Shown here: piece by piece, positions 25,462 to 33,629 of the stretch
How positions within the stretch are numbered: position 1 is the first letter of the stretch
Layout: each line of letters opens with the position of its first letter
Source: a virus
Taxonomy: Duplodnaviria; Caudoviricetes
Direction: 5' to 3' (one strand)
Virus record (IMG/VR): IMGVR_UViG_3300030330_001316
Coordinates: 1 to 34,736 of that record
Length of the DNA stretch: 34,736 bases
Notes under the pieces: generated by a model
What the model was told of the DNA's origin: nothing
What the model saw: only the letters and a program-made list of their open reading frames with translations
The model's database searches: none
Program-made: the position numbers and the translations under genes

Positions 25462-26105
25462 ATGTGAAACTAATAAAACAAGATGGTGGTGCTGTTGACA
25501 TTGTGAATGCGGCTCGCATCTCCTTTGGTAAACAAGTTGACAGCATGTCAGACAAAGATTGGAAGTTGATCAAATACTTGTGGATGAATCAACACACTTC
25601 ACCTTTCAGGCACATCTCTTTTACTTTCCATATCAATGCACCAATCTTTGTTTTAAGACAATGGATGAAACACCAGGTTGGATGTGCATGGAATGAAATT
25701 AGTGGAAGATATGTGAAGTTTGAACACGTCTTTCATTATCCAAATGAATGGAGATCATCACCACACGATTCAGTGAAACAAGGAAGTGGTCAACCGTTGG
25801 ATGATGAAACACAATCAGATTGTGCCACTATATATCAAAACACCATTGATTCATTGTATGAAACATACAACCATCTGTTGACCTTGGGAGTGTGCCGAGA
25901 ACAGGCAAGAATGATCCTGCCTGTTTCCTTAATGTCAGAATGTTATTGGACATGTTCCTTTCAGGCATTGATTCATTTCTTGAAACAAAGAACAGACTCA
26001 CATGCACAAAAAGAAATTGCTGAATATGCATGGTCAATTGTGCAGCTGTTGAACCAAGATGAAGACATGAAGAAACTTTTATCAATTTGTGGACTTGTTC
26101 AATGA
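25458..26105 (+). CDS. thyX: FAD-dependent thymidylate synthase ThyX
   Basis: IVNAARISF, HTSPF, PIFVLRQWMKHQ, WNEISGRY, REQARMILP and HAQKEI motifs. Confidence 0.96.
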   Translation: MNVKLIKQDGGAVDIVNAARISFGKQVDSMSDKDWKLIKYLWMNQHTSPFRHISFTFHINAPIFVLRQWMKHQVGCAWNEISGRYVKFEHVFHYPNEWRSSPHDSVKQGSGQPLDDETQSDCATIYQNTIDSLYETYNHLLTLGVCREQARMILPVSLMSECYWTCSFQALIHFLKQRTDSHAQKEIAEYAWSIVQLLNQDEDMKKLLSICGLVQ

Positions 26106-26554
26106 CCTGGTCGGTTCATTGGATCAACCATGCGTTCTTGATCTCAAACCAATCACCATGCACACGTGGTCAAGTTGGTTGTGTTATAGTTGACCAATTT
26201 AATAATCCTGTTTCAATGGGTTTCAATGGTCCACCTCGAAAGGCACCAGGCACTTTGTGCAATGTAGATGAATGTGAACGGACTAAACAAAACATTAAGT
26301 CAGGTACACAGATTGAAATTGGTTGCCATCATGCTGAACAGAATGCATTGATGAACGCATTAAGGAAAGGAATCAGTGTTTTAAACTGTTCTATTTATAT
26401 CACCACGGCACCATGTTTGGTTTGTGCAAGGTTGATCCATCATGCAGGTATTGAGTCTGTTCATTATCCCTCTTCAAGTGCATATGATCAAAGAGGCAAA
26501 GAATACTTGATCAAGAACAATGTGAAGATAAACATGATAAGTGTTTCCAAATAA
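26102..26554 (+). CDS. dCMP deaminase
   Basis: Zinc motifs HAEQNA and PCLVC, plus SPCTRGQVGC and GFNGPP; start ATG 26102 overlaps the thyX stop. Confidence 0.93.
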   Translation: MTWSVHWINHAFLISNQSPCTRGQVGCVIVDQFNNPVSMGFNGPPRKAPGTLCNVDECERTKQNIKSGTQIEIGCHHAEQNALMNALRKGISVLNCSIYITTAPCLVCARLIHHAGIESVHYPSSSAYDQRGKEYLIKNNVKINMISVSK

Positions 26555-26637
26555 GGTCAGACATGTTAAATTGTGTACAGTTGGTCAGAACCTTGTGCCT
26601 TGGGTGCTGTTGGCTGACAAGTAAAGTTGATACATAG

Positions 26638-26682
26638 AATGAAGGTGTGGTGTTCTCCCAATGTCCACACCTTCATTTTTTT
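26638..26682 (+). terminator. Rho-independent terminator between convergent operons
   Basis: 13-bp perfect stem AATGAAGGTGTGG / CCACACCTTCATT, 14-nt loop, then a T run. Confidence 0.75.
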
Positions 26683-27667
26683 ATGTCCAAAAGTCATCAG
26701 ATGCACGTCTGTCTTGACCTTGCATTTTGAACTTGAAACCCTTGCACATGGATCCAATGCGACTGATTGAACGCATGTCAAGGAATTGTGTTTTCATCTG
26801 TTTTGGTGTCATGTTGGATGCAAAGAGAACTTGAACACCAGCCGCATGGATTGCATGGATCAGTTCATTGGTTGTCTGTCTTGACCATTCATTTTGTCTG
26901 AAGAATCCAAGCTCATCAAACAGAACCACATGCACACCATCCAACCATGAAAAGCGTGGATCAGTAATGGATTTATCAAAAGACTTTCTGATGTCCTCCA
27001 AAAGCTGTTGATGTGAAACATACTTGATCTTTTTACCCGACCAAATCAATTCTCTAGCAATGGCACATAAAAGATGTGTCTTTCCATTTCCTGTTGTTCC
27101 ATAGATTAAACCACCTTGATGTTTACCTTGGACAAACTCCAAAGCAAGTTCTTTTAGACCAGGTTCAAAATCATAATTTCCAACATGCTTGCCAATGGCA
27201 TCAGCTGTCAAACCACTGTTCTTGAAGTTGAGTAGATACTTGTTTGTAAGTCCACAATATTTGCATGGCACACCATATGTATATGAATGCTCGACAGGCA
27301 CCCACATTCCATCATCATCAATGATCAAGTTGTGAGGACGTTGTGAAACGTCTTCAATCTCCTTGCCATCTGTCTTGACCATCACAGGATGATATTCAGC
27401 AAGATCATTGAGTGTGCGGGTTTCTTGCTTTGAATGGATACCTGAATGTGAGGCAGTACATCCATCATATTCACAAGCGGGTAAAAGATTCACATTGAGT
27501 TGTGGAACTCCACCAATGACTTCACGTGTCAACAGGTTGGACTCTTCAAGTCTTCTATGATGGACAATGGTTGGTTCTTTGACCTCGGTTTGAATTGCAT
27601 TGGATTTCAATGAACGTGCCCAATGTTCAAGGTTAAAGTCTTTCAATGCGTCTTTGATTGATTTCAT
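26681..27667 (-). CDS. DnaC/IstB-like AAA+ helicase loader
   Basis: Walker A GTTGNGKT, Walker B VVLFDELG, FASN and RSISRI motifs; Cys pairs (CEYDGC, CKYC) in the N-terminal part; follows the initiator. Confidence 0.88.
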   Translation of the reverse strand: MKSIKDALKDFNLEHWARSLKSNAIQTEVKEPTIVHHRRLEESNLLTREVIGGVPQLNVNLLPACEYDGCTASHSGIHSKQETRTLNDLAEYHPVMVKTDGKEIEDVSQRPHNLIIDDDGMWVPVEHSYTYGVPCKYCGLTNKYLLNFKNSGLTADAIGKHVGNYDFEPGLKELALEFVQGKHQGGLIYGTTGNGKTHLLCAIARELIWSGKKIKYVSHQQLLEDIRKSFDKSITDPRFSWLDGVHVVLFDELGFFRQNEWSRQTTNELIHAIHAAGVQVLFASNMTPKQMKTQFLDMRSISRIGSMCKGFKFKMQGQDRRASDDFWT

Positions 27668-27692
27668 GTGTTCTCCTTTACATGAATGTGGT

Positions 27693-28331
27693 TTATTTCC
27701 AAAAAGGCGTTGCAGCTTGTGGAAAGAGTAAACGTTGTTTGTCTGATTCTAGCATCTTTGGTCTTGATTGGATATAAAGTTCTGTTTGCCGTCTGACCAC
27801 AGGATCTTGGATTGAACTTGGATAAATCCAAAAATCATCAATACCCCCCCCCTCAATGCAAACTTGATCCACTTCCATGTCACCATGTGGTTCAGGTTCT
27901 TCTATATTGTTTGTAATTGAATTAATATTGTTACTTATTGTATGGATGTCATCAGTGTCACTCTCAAAGGTGTCATGTGTGTCACCCCCTAGTGTCATTG
28001 GTGACACCCCCTTAGTGTCATGTGTGTCATCTAGTGTCATTGGTGACACCCCCTTAATATTAGAAACCAAGACAGTTGTTTGTGCAATTGTAGACACTTC
28101 TTTTTCAATATGTTTGGATGTTCGAGTGATCCACTTAATTTCAATTAATTTCTTGATTGCTCTTTGTACTGTTCTTTTTTTGATGTTGGTTAGACTGACA
28201 AGTTGACTGATGGCCACCTGACCAGTGAAAGACTTCCAATCAACCTTTAAGAGAATAGCCAACATAACTATCTTTTCAGTTGATGTGAGATCAGATGCCA
28301 TGACTTGCAATCTTACGTCATATTCTTTCAT
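27693..28331 (-). CDS. Replication initiator (lambda O-like, N-terminal winged HTH)
   Basis: LTSTEKIVMLAI...RTVQRAIKKLIEIKWI HTH, internal DNA repeats, paired with a DnaC-like gene; start ATG 28331. Confidence 0.82.
   Translation of the reverse strand: MKEYDVRLQVMASDLTSTEKIVMLAILLKVDWKSFTGQVAISQLVSLTNIKKRTVQRAIKKLIEIKWITRTSKHIEKEVSTIAQTTVLVSNIKGVSPMTLDDTHDTKGVSPMTLGGDTHDTFESDTDDIHTISNNINSITNNIEEPEPHGDMEVDQVCIEGGGIDDFWIYPSSIQDPVVRRQTELYIQSRPKMLESDKQRLLFPQAATPFWK
27901..28056. repeat. Putative replication origin: iterons plus AT-rich unwinding element
   Basis: 26-bp repeat at 27989 and 28031, 15-bp repeat at 27970 and 28015, many GTGTCA units; AT-rich tract 27901-27940. Confidence 0.8.
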
Positions 28332-28467
28332 GTGTTCTCCTTTCTTGATATGTCTTTTATATATTGGTCTAAAATTAAATTCAATATAAATTAACAAAAA
28401 AGTTAATTAACGGTTGACAAAAAAGTTAATTAGTGTTTTTATCAAATCATCAAAGAAAGGAGAACAC
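28332..28467. promoter_or_regulatory. Divergent early control region with two tandem operator-like sites
   Basis: TT(A/G)ACAAAAAAGTTAATTA at 28391-28409 and 28414-28432; the second contains TTGACA. Confidence 0.7.
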
Positions 28468-28671
28468 ATGAAAGATCAAATCATTTCTGATCTGAAAGAC
28501 CAGTCAATGACACTGAAGACATTGGCATCAGACATGAATTGCAGTTATGAGCATCTTATATATGTATTAAATGGACAACGTCCAATGTCATACAAGGTTG
28601 CAAACAAACTGTGTGAATCACTCAACAAACTTACCTCGAACAATTACCACCTGACTGACTTTGGATTTTAA
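28468..28671 (+). CDS. Cro/XRE-like HTH transcriptional regulator (67 aa)
   Basis: MTLKTLASDMNCSYEHLIYVLNGQRPMS HTH pattern; AAAGGAGAACAC RBS. Confidence 0.82.
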   Translation: MKDQIISDLKDQSMTLKTLASDMNCSYEHLIYVLNGQRPMSYKVANKLCESLNKLTSNNYHLTDFGF

Positions 28672-28681
28672 GGATATACAA

Positions 28682-28876
28682 ATGAACTATAATCAACGTT
28701 TACAACGCACGAGACAAATTGAACTTTTTACCTTCTTGATCATGGTTATCTTTGCGGCTTGCTTGATGATCAAGTTTCAAGACAATTGCAAAGAACGCCG
28801 TGGAGCTGCTCACCAGGTCAAGGCACCCAAGGCTGAAATCCTCAAAGACGTTTCTTTTACACTTTCAAACAAATAA
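28682..28876 (+). CDS. Small membrane protein (64 aa)
   Basis: AAGGA RBS, ATG 28682, one hydrophobic segment LFTFLIMVIFAACLMI. Confidence 0.6.
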   Translation: MNYNQRLQRTRQIELFTFLIMVIFAACLMIKFQDNCKERRGAAHQVKAPKAEILKDVSFTLSNK

Positions 28877-28905
28877 ATAATACTTGCATATAAAGGAGAA
28901 CAAAT

Positions 28906-29532
28906 ATGCTTACCGAACAACAAGATCACATCATCAAGAATGCATCCAAAAATCAAAATGAATATGATGACAATGTGAAATGCTTTTTAACCTTTGGTCA
29001 TCTCTTCAACCACAATCCTCTTGCATGTATGTCTCAAACATATTGCATTCATGGAAAGCCTGCATTGAATGCTGATGCCATGGTTGGAATTGTGAGAAAG
29101 TGGGTTGATCCTGTAACAGGTCAAAAGGTGTGTGCAATGATGAAGGCTGAAACATTGACACCTGAATATGATGATCAAGGCAACGTCAATCCAAATACTG
29201 TTGGTGTGCGGTATGTGGCCATGCGTACTGATGAATTAATGATGTCAAAGGAATATGGGATTGATGCACCAGTTCATACTTGGACTTTCACCTTGAATGA
29301 TGCAATGTTGCGAAACAATCATAAAAACCGTACATGGCGAGAAATGCCATTGATCATGTGTGGAAAACGTGCTGCAACTGCTTTGTGCCGTATGGCGTTT
29401 CCTGATGTGGTTGGAACTGCCAACAGTCCTGATGAACTTGCTGAACAGATGTTACAAGATTCTGATGAAGTTGAACGCATTGCCTATGCATCCAATGGTG
29501 AACGTATACCTTACGATTTAAAACAAGGTTAA
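28906..29532 (+). CDS. RecT-like single-strand annealing protein
   Basis: YCIHGKPAL and W..MP..M..KRA...LCRMAFPDV...DEL patterns as in RecT/Redbeta-like phage annealases; AAAGGAG RBS. Confidence 0.7.
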   Translation: MLTEQQDHIIKNASKNQNEYDDNVKCFLTFGHLFNHNPLACMSQTYCIHGKPALNADAMVGIVRKWVDPVTGQKVCAMMKAETLTPEYDDQGNVNPNTVGVRYVAMRTDELMMSKEYGIDAPVHTWTFTLNDAMLRNNHKNRTWREMPLIMCGKRAATALCRMAFPDVVGTANSPDELAEQMLQDSDEVERIAYASNGERIPYDLKQG

Positions 29533-31529
29533 TGAGGCAACTCACACTTCAAGCCATCACAGGCACCAGTCAAGTGTGCATCATTTCCACCTGCAATTGA
29601 TGTGAAGTCAATCACAGACCAATCAGTTTCATTTAACATCTTCCACTTTGCAGCACCAAGGGAACCATCCAAAACGGTTTGATAAGGTGCATTCTCATAA
29701 ATGAAGTCACCCGCATCAGGCAACATGGCCACACCTTTCACTGTGTGTCTGATCTTCCACAACCAATCTGCAACAAATCTCCATTCATGGTTTTTTATTG
29801 TGCAGGTGTTTGACACGTTGTGTGTCAATCCTTCAATGCGAGTGTTGATACTACCAGGTAGCACCCAATGCTTCTGAACAAGGTCCACCTGTTCGAGGTG
29901 GTATTGTGCATTCACTTCTTCTCTTATCCATGCATTAGTATCAGGAACTTCACATGCAAATTGGATGATACCCGTGTCACCATCTTGGTCAATGACCACA
30001 TGTGGAAGTTTCTCCTTGATCTCTTTCCATACAGGGTTGATCTTGCTTAGTCTGATAGTCCTGATCCAACGTTTTGCATGAAACGGGTGGATGCCTGCAC
30101 TTGTACCAAGTAGTGTGGATGTGTTTCCACTTGGCTTGATACATGTTGTTCGAGATGCATAATTGATTCCAATCAGTTTGGACACTCTAATGTTTTCATC
30201 TACAACAGCCGCGGCACCCGCTTCAAGGATCTTTGGTGAGAAGGACACACTGAAGTTGGAATACATACCTGTCAAGCTAACACCAATCAATGCCTCTTGT
30301 TCAATGATCTTCTTTGATGTTCTTCCTAAATATCCCGTGTCTGTATATCCTGCCTGCAATGTACCAATAAAAGACGCAACCTTGCACGATTCAATGAACT
30401 CTTCAAAGGTCTTGTTTTTTTGCATGTTGATCTCGGTTAGATTGCAAACACTCCATCCACTTCTAAAGATCCACCCTGTCTGTTCAAGGCGTTCTTTGTC
30501 CCGACTAACAGACAAAGGTATTTTCTCCATAGTTTCACCACTTGGTGATTGTACCCAATAAGGCCACAAACCAATTTCACAACATGGATTTGTTCCAAAG
30601 TCAGGAGCATTGGAAAAGAACACACCAGGTTCACCAAAGTTACTATTGAGATCAACTGCACGTTTCACATTCACTTTGGATTCATTGCCATCAGTCACAA
30701 TTGTTGAACTAATATTTGCATATGCTCGGTTAGGATGTGTGATATACCAATCACCAACTTTTGCCTTAAGCATCAATTCATCATCATCATCAAACAGACA
30801 GATGGATGCAGAACGTCTGACACCACCTGATAAGACAGCAGCAGACAAAGACATGCACATGTCAAAGACATCCACAGATCTCAAACGTTTACCAAGACGT
30901 GAAACCAAGATGTGTCTGATTTCATTCAAACACGCTTCAAGTGGTTTGTGACCTGGTGCAATTCCACCTGATGAAATAGGTGAACCCTTGGGTCTGACTA
31001 GGTGATAATCAAAATGTATTTCATAATCAATGGAGTGATCAAAATAATCAGTGTGAAAGTATGAATCCAATAATGCTTGTAATGCTGCACACCAACCTTC
31101 AATGGAGTCTTGAACAAGATGCAAGAGATCTTTACGCACTTGATGCTGTTCAACTGATATAATTCGAGGTAGTTCTTTAATGTGTCTTTGCTTTACACTG
31201 AAACCTGTACCACACCCGCACAATAACAACCAAAACATTTCACTGAAAAACCGTGGTCTGTCAGCTGGTGAATATGTGCAGTTATATATTCTCATGTTTC
31301 TTTGCTTGATGGCCTTACCTCCAAATTGCATGGACCTTTGTGAAGGCACCACCCGCTTTGATTTGACCAGGTCAAAAGCTTCTTTAATTTCATCTTCTAG
31401 GTGTGGATACTTTTCAACATGCATGTCAACCACCCGATCAACTGCATCAGTCCATGATTCTCTTCCACCTTCTTTTTGTCTTGCGTATTGTGAAGCAAAG
31501 ACCACTTCACCCATTAATTCATTTTGCAT
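29529..31529 (-). CDS. nrdJ: Class II adenosylcobalamin-dependent ribonucleotide reductase (monomeric RTPR type)
   Basis: PSQRSMQFGG, YNC, GCGTGFS, GGVRRSA, TNPCCEI, CNLTEIN, TCIKPSG and C-terminal CDGLKC redox pair; no beta-subunit gene present. Confidence 0.93.
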   Translation of the reverse strand: MQNELMGEVVFASQYARQKEGGRESWTDAVDRVVDMHVEKYPHLEDEIKEAFDLVKSKRVVPSQRSMQFGGKAIKQRNMRIYNCTYSPADRPRFFSEMFWLLLCGCGTGFSVKQRHIKELPRIISVEQHQVRKDLLHLVQDSIEGWCAALQALLDSYFHTDYFDHSIDYEIHFDYHLVRPKGSPISSGGIAPGHKPLEACLNEIRHILVSRLGKRLRSVDVFDMCMSLSAAVLSGGVRRSASICLFDDDDELMLKAKVGDWYITHPNRAYANISSTIVTDGNESKVNVKRAVDLNSNFGEPGVFFSNAPDFGTNPCCEIGLWPYWVQSPSGETMEKIPLSVSRDKERLEQTGWIFRSGWSVCNLTEINMQKNKTFEEFIESCKVASFIGTLQAGYTDTGYLGRTSKKIIEQEALIGVSLTGMYSNFSVSFSPKILEAGAAAVVDENIRVSKLIGINYASRTTCIKPSGNTSTLLGTSAGIHPFHAKRWIRTIRLSKINPVWKEIKEKLPHVVIDQDGDTGIIQFACEVPDTNAWIREEVNAQYHLEQVDLVQKHWVLPGSINTRIEGLTHNVSNTCTIKNHEWRFVADWLWKIRHTVKGVAMLPDAGDFIYENAPYQTVLDGSLGAAKWKMLNETDWSVIDFTSIAGGNDAHLTGACDGLKCELPH

Positions 31530-31536
31530 TGATTCC

Positions 31537-31956
31537 TCATCTTAAACTTAAATACAAGGTTGATGCTGTCAGCACACCAACCAATGCACCTGAAACAATG
31601 AGAAGTTTATTTGAATATTCTTTCTCTTGTTCAAGTTCCTGTTTAAGATGTTCATTCAATTGTTTTGTTTCGTCAAGAGTCTTTTGAAATATGTTGATCC
31701 TACTTTCACAACGTTGGACACGTTCCTTGACTTCAAGTTCAAAACGGGTCTTGATTTCACTAACTCGAATTAAGCAACTGTTTCCATGCAATGCACTTTG
31801 GATGTCAGCCATATCACCAACAGAAACAATGAAACCATTGGAGGGTGCCACGGTCCCCACAGGTACAAACTTGGAACGGATTTCATGGCCATCATCAAGA
31901 GTGATGGTTGCAAATCCAAGTTGGAGGATTGCAGGCAAAACAAGATTCAAAATCAT
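31537..31956 (-). CDS. Membrane protein with signal-like N-terminus, coiled coil and C-terminal TM (spanin-like)
   Basis: Hydrophobic ends and heptad core; ATGA-coupled to the upstream gene; no lipobox seen. Confidence 0.5.
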   Translation of the reverse strand: MILNLVLPAILQLGFATITLDDGHEIRSKFVPVGTVAPSNGFIVSVGDMADIQSALHGNSCLIRVSEIKTRFELEVKERVQRCESRINIFQKTLDETKQLNEHLKQELEQEKEYSNKLLIVSGALVGVLTASTLYLSLR

Positions 31957-32291
31957 TTCTTTCTATCCTTAACAATCCGATCAATTAAAGTATTGCAGTT
32001 GATTTTAATGGATTCTTTTTCTTCCCTGCAAATCCGTTGCTCACGTTCAATGCAAGATGTTTCACCATCTGCAATACACTTGGCATGTTTGGATTCAAGT
32101 GAATTGATCTGATGTGTCTGTTCTTTGATAAGTTCCACCTTTTCAGAACAGATCACTTTTGGATCATCACTTGCAAGAGACATTCCAAACATGATGGACA
32201 AAGATATGACGATTAAAAACAACAAGACCAAAACAAAAGGAGATTGCAAAATCTTGTCAGCATCTTTTAAATCTAAATTTAAATTAAACAT
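31953..32291 (-). CDS. Membrane-anchored Cys-rich coiled-coil protein (i-spanin-like)
   Basis: N-terminal TM followed by a helical domain with five Cys. Confidence 0.5.
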   Translation of the reverse strand: MFNLNLDLKDADKILQSPFVLVLLFLIVISLSIMFGMSLASDDPKVICSEKVELIKEQTHQINSLESKHAKCIADGETSCIEREQRICREEKESIKINCNTLIDRIVKDRKK

Positions 32292-32788
32292 TATTCAATT
32301 CTCCATATCATACAACGTCCAAGGCCACTGTTGGAATCATATTGTGTATCCTCAATTTCAACATTGGTGTTGGTCTTTTTAACTTGCAAACCAATAATTG
32401 CAGTTCCATCACTTTCTATGTATCCTCTTGCATGTTCATTTTTATGTGGATCACCAATGGCAAGTGCACCAACTTCACGCCCTTCATACCCAATAACAGT
32501 GCGGGTGGAACCGTCCCAAGAATACCAAGTATATTCAGATCCCCACGTGCCTGTTGAACTTGATTTTGTCATCATACGTGCATCAAGATAAAACTTGCCA
32601 CTTGGAAGGGTGACTCTGTGGTTGGTTGTATCAATTGTCAGTGTGGATGAATATTGATCAATCACAGTGTCATATCCTGCTGCAAGTTCAACGTCTGCAT
32701 AACTAGTTGATGTGACGTTTTGGTTGGTCACTAAGTTAAGAATAAAAACACTTAGCTTTCCTTTTGTGGCTTCACTGAAATATGTCAT
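32291..32788 (-). CDS. Small tail-fibre-associated beta-sandwich protein 3
   Basis: Start ATG 32788 (MTYF), VTLPSGKFYL segment, ends CMIWRIE. Confidence 0.6.
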   Translation of the reverse strand: MTYFSEATKGKLSVFILNLVTNQNVTSTSYADVELAAGYDTVIDQYSSTLTIDTTNHRVTLPSGKFYLDARMMTKSSSTGTWGSEYTWYSWDGSTRTVIGYEGREVGALAIGDPHKNEHARGYIESDGTAIIGLQVKKTNTNVEIEDTQYDSNSGLGRCMIWRIE

Positions 32789-33186
32789 GTGTTCAATCTC
32801 CAAAGTCTACAATGTGAGTAATTTGTGAAACTGATGGATCCTGTACCAGCTGATGTTGCACGATCAGGTTCAACCGTGTTGGCATAGTCAAAAGCATCTT
32901 CACTTATTTGGAAAAGATTATTGCTTTCACTTGGCATGCGTCCTCTATACTTAAAGTCTGATAGTCCTGTATTTGGATAATAGACCATAGCCCTGTTTGT
33001 CACTCCATCATTATCACGTGACATACGCATAATAATAATAGCATTATCAGTCAATGAAGTGACACCACTTGAAACAGTTGTGACCATATCGTTTGGTATA
33101 TCAAAAACCACATCATCAATGGTTGTGGAGGTCACTGCCGTTGATTGGATGTAACCAATTGATGGTCTTCTTGGTGTATAACTCAT
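32785..33186 (-). CDS. Small tail-fibre-associated beta-sandwich protein 2
   Basis: Start ATG 33186 (MSYT), ATGA-coupled, ends CRLWRLNT. Confidence 0.55.
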   Translation of the reverse strand: MSYTPRRPSIGYIQSTAVTSTTIDDVVFDIPNDMVTTVSSGVTSLTDNAIIIMRMSRDNDGVTNRAMVYYPNTGLSDFKYRGRMPSESNNLFQISEDAFDYANTVEPDRATSAGTGSISFTNYSHCRLWRLNT

Positions 33187-33629
33187 ATATCCACTTCCTT
33201 CCAAACCACAATGCAACCACCCGCATCTGTTGGTGTTCCTGTGGATGTTAATGTTTTTACAATTAATTTCACATCAACTGACACGGGTGCATTGATTGTT
33301 GCAAGTGCCACATCACGTTCACCAACGGCATCACCTGAAACTTGAACTTGTCCAACAATGCCAACATCAGCAAAAGATCCACTTGAATTTTCTTGCCACA
33401 CAAAAGTAATCACATCATTTTGGTCTACTACATCCACATATGGATACCCTTCAATCATATAACGACCAGGTGACAAAGTAATGACACCACTCGAAATGGA
33501 CAATGCCAAATTCCCTGTTGCACTCGCCAATGAATATGTTGCACCTTGTGAATAACTTGCAAGACTAAGTGAAGCAAGTGCAAGTCTGAATTCCACTTGT
33601 CTTGTTCCTAAGTTGCGTTTATATGTCAT
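33183..33629 (-). CDS. Small tail-fibre-associated beta-sandwich protein 1
   Basis: Start ATG 33629 (MTYK) overlaps the fibre stop, ITLSPGRYMI segment, ends CIVVWKEVDI. Confidence 0.6.
   Translation of the reverse strand: MTYKRNLGTRQVEFRLALASLSLASYSQGATYSLASATGNLALSISSGVITLSPGRYMIEGYPYVDVVDQNDVITFVWQENSSGSFADVGIVGQVQVSGDAVGERDVALATINAPVSVDVKLIVKTLTSTGTPTDAGGCIVVWKEVDI

Noticed and set aside
25650-25715. ThyX motif reads KHQ rather than canonical RHR
   Set aside because: A variant I recall from other phage ThyX proteins; the other catalytic motifs are intact, so no evidence of altered function.
26566-26781. 71-aa minus-strand ORF after the loader gene
   Set aside because: Overlaps the loader C-terminus and runs through the terminator hairpin; no convincing RBS.
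27844-27852. G9 tract in the initiator as a frameshift fusing it to the DnaC-like gene
   Set aside because: Both shifted frames hit stops (TGA at once, TAG after about 30 codons) before the loader start.
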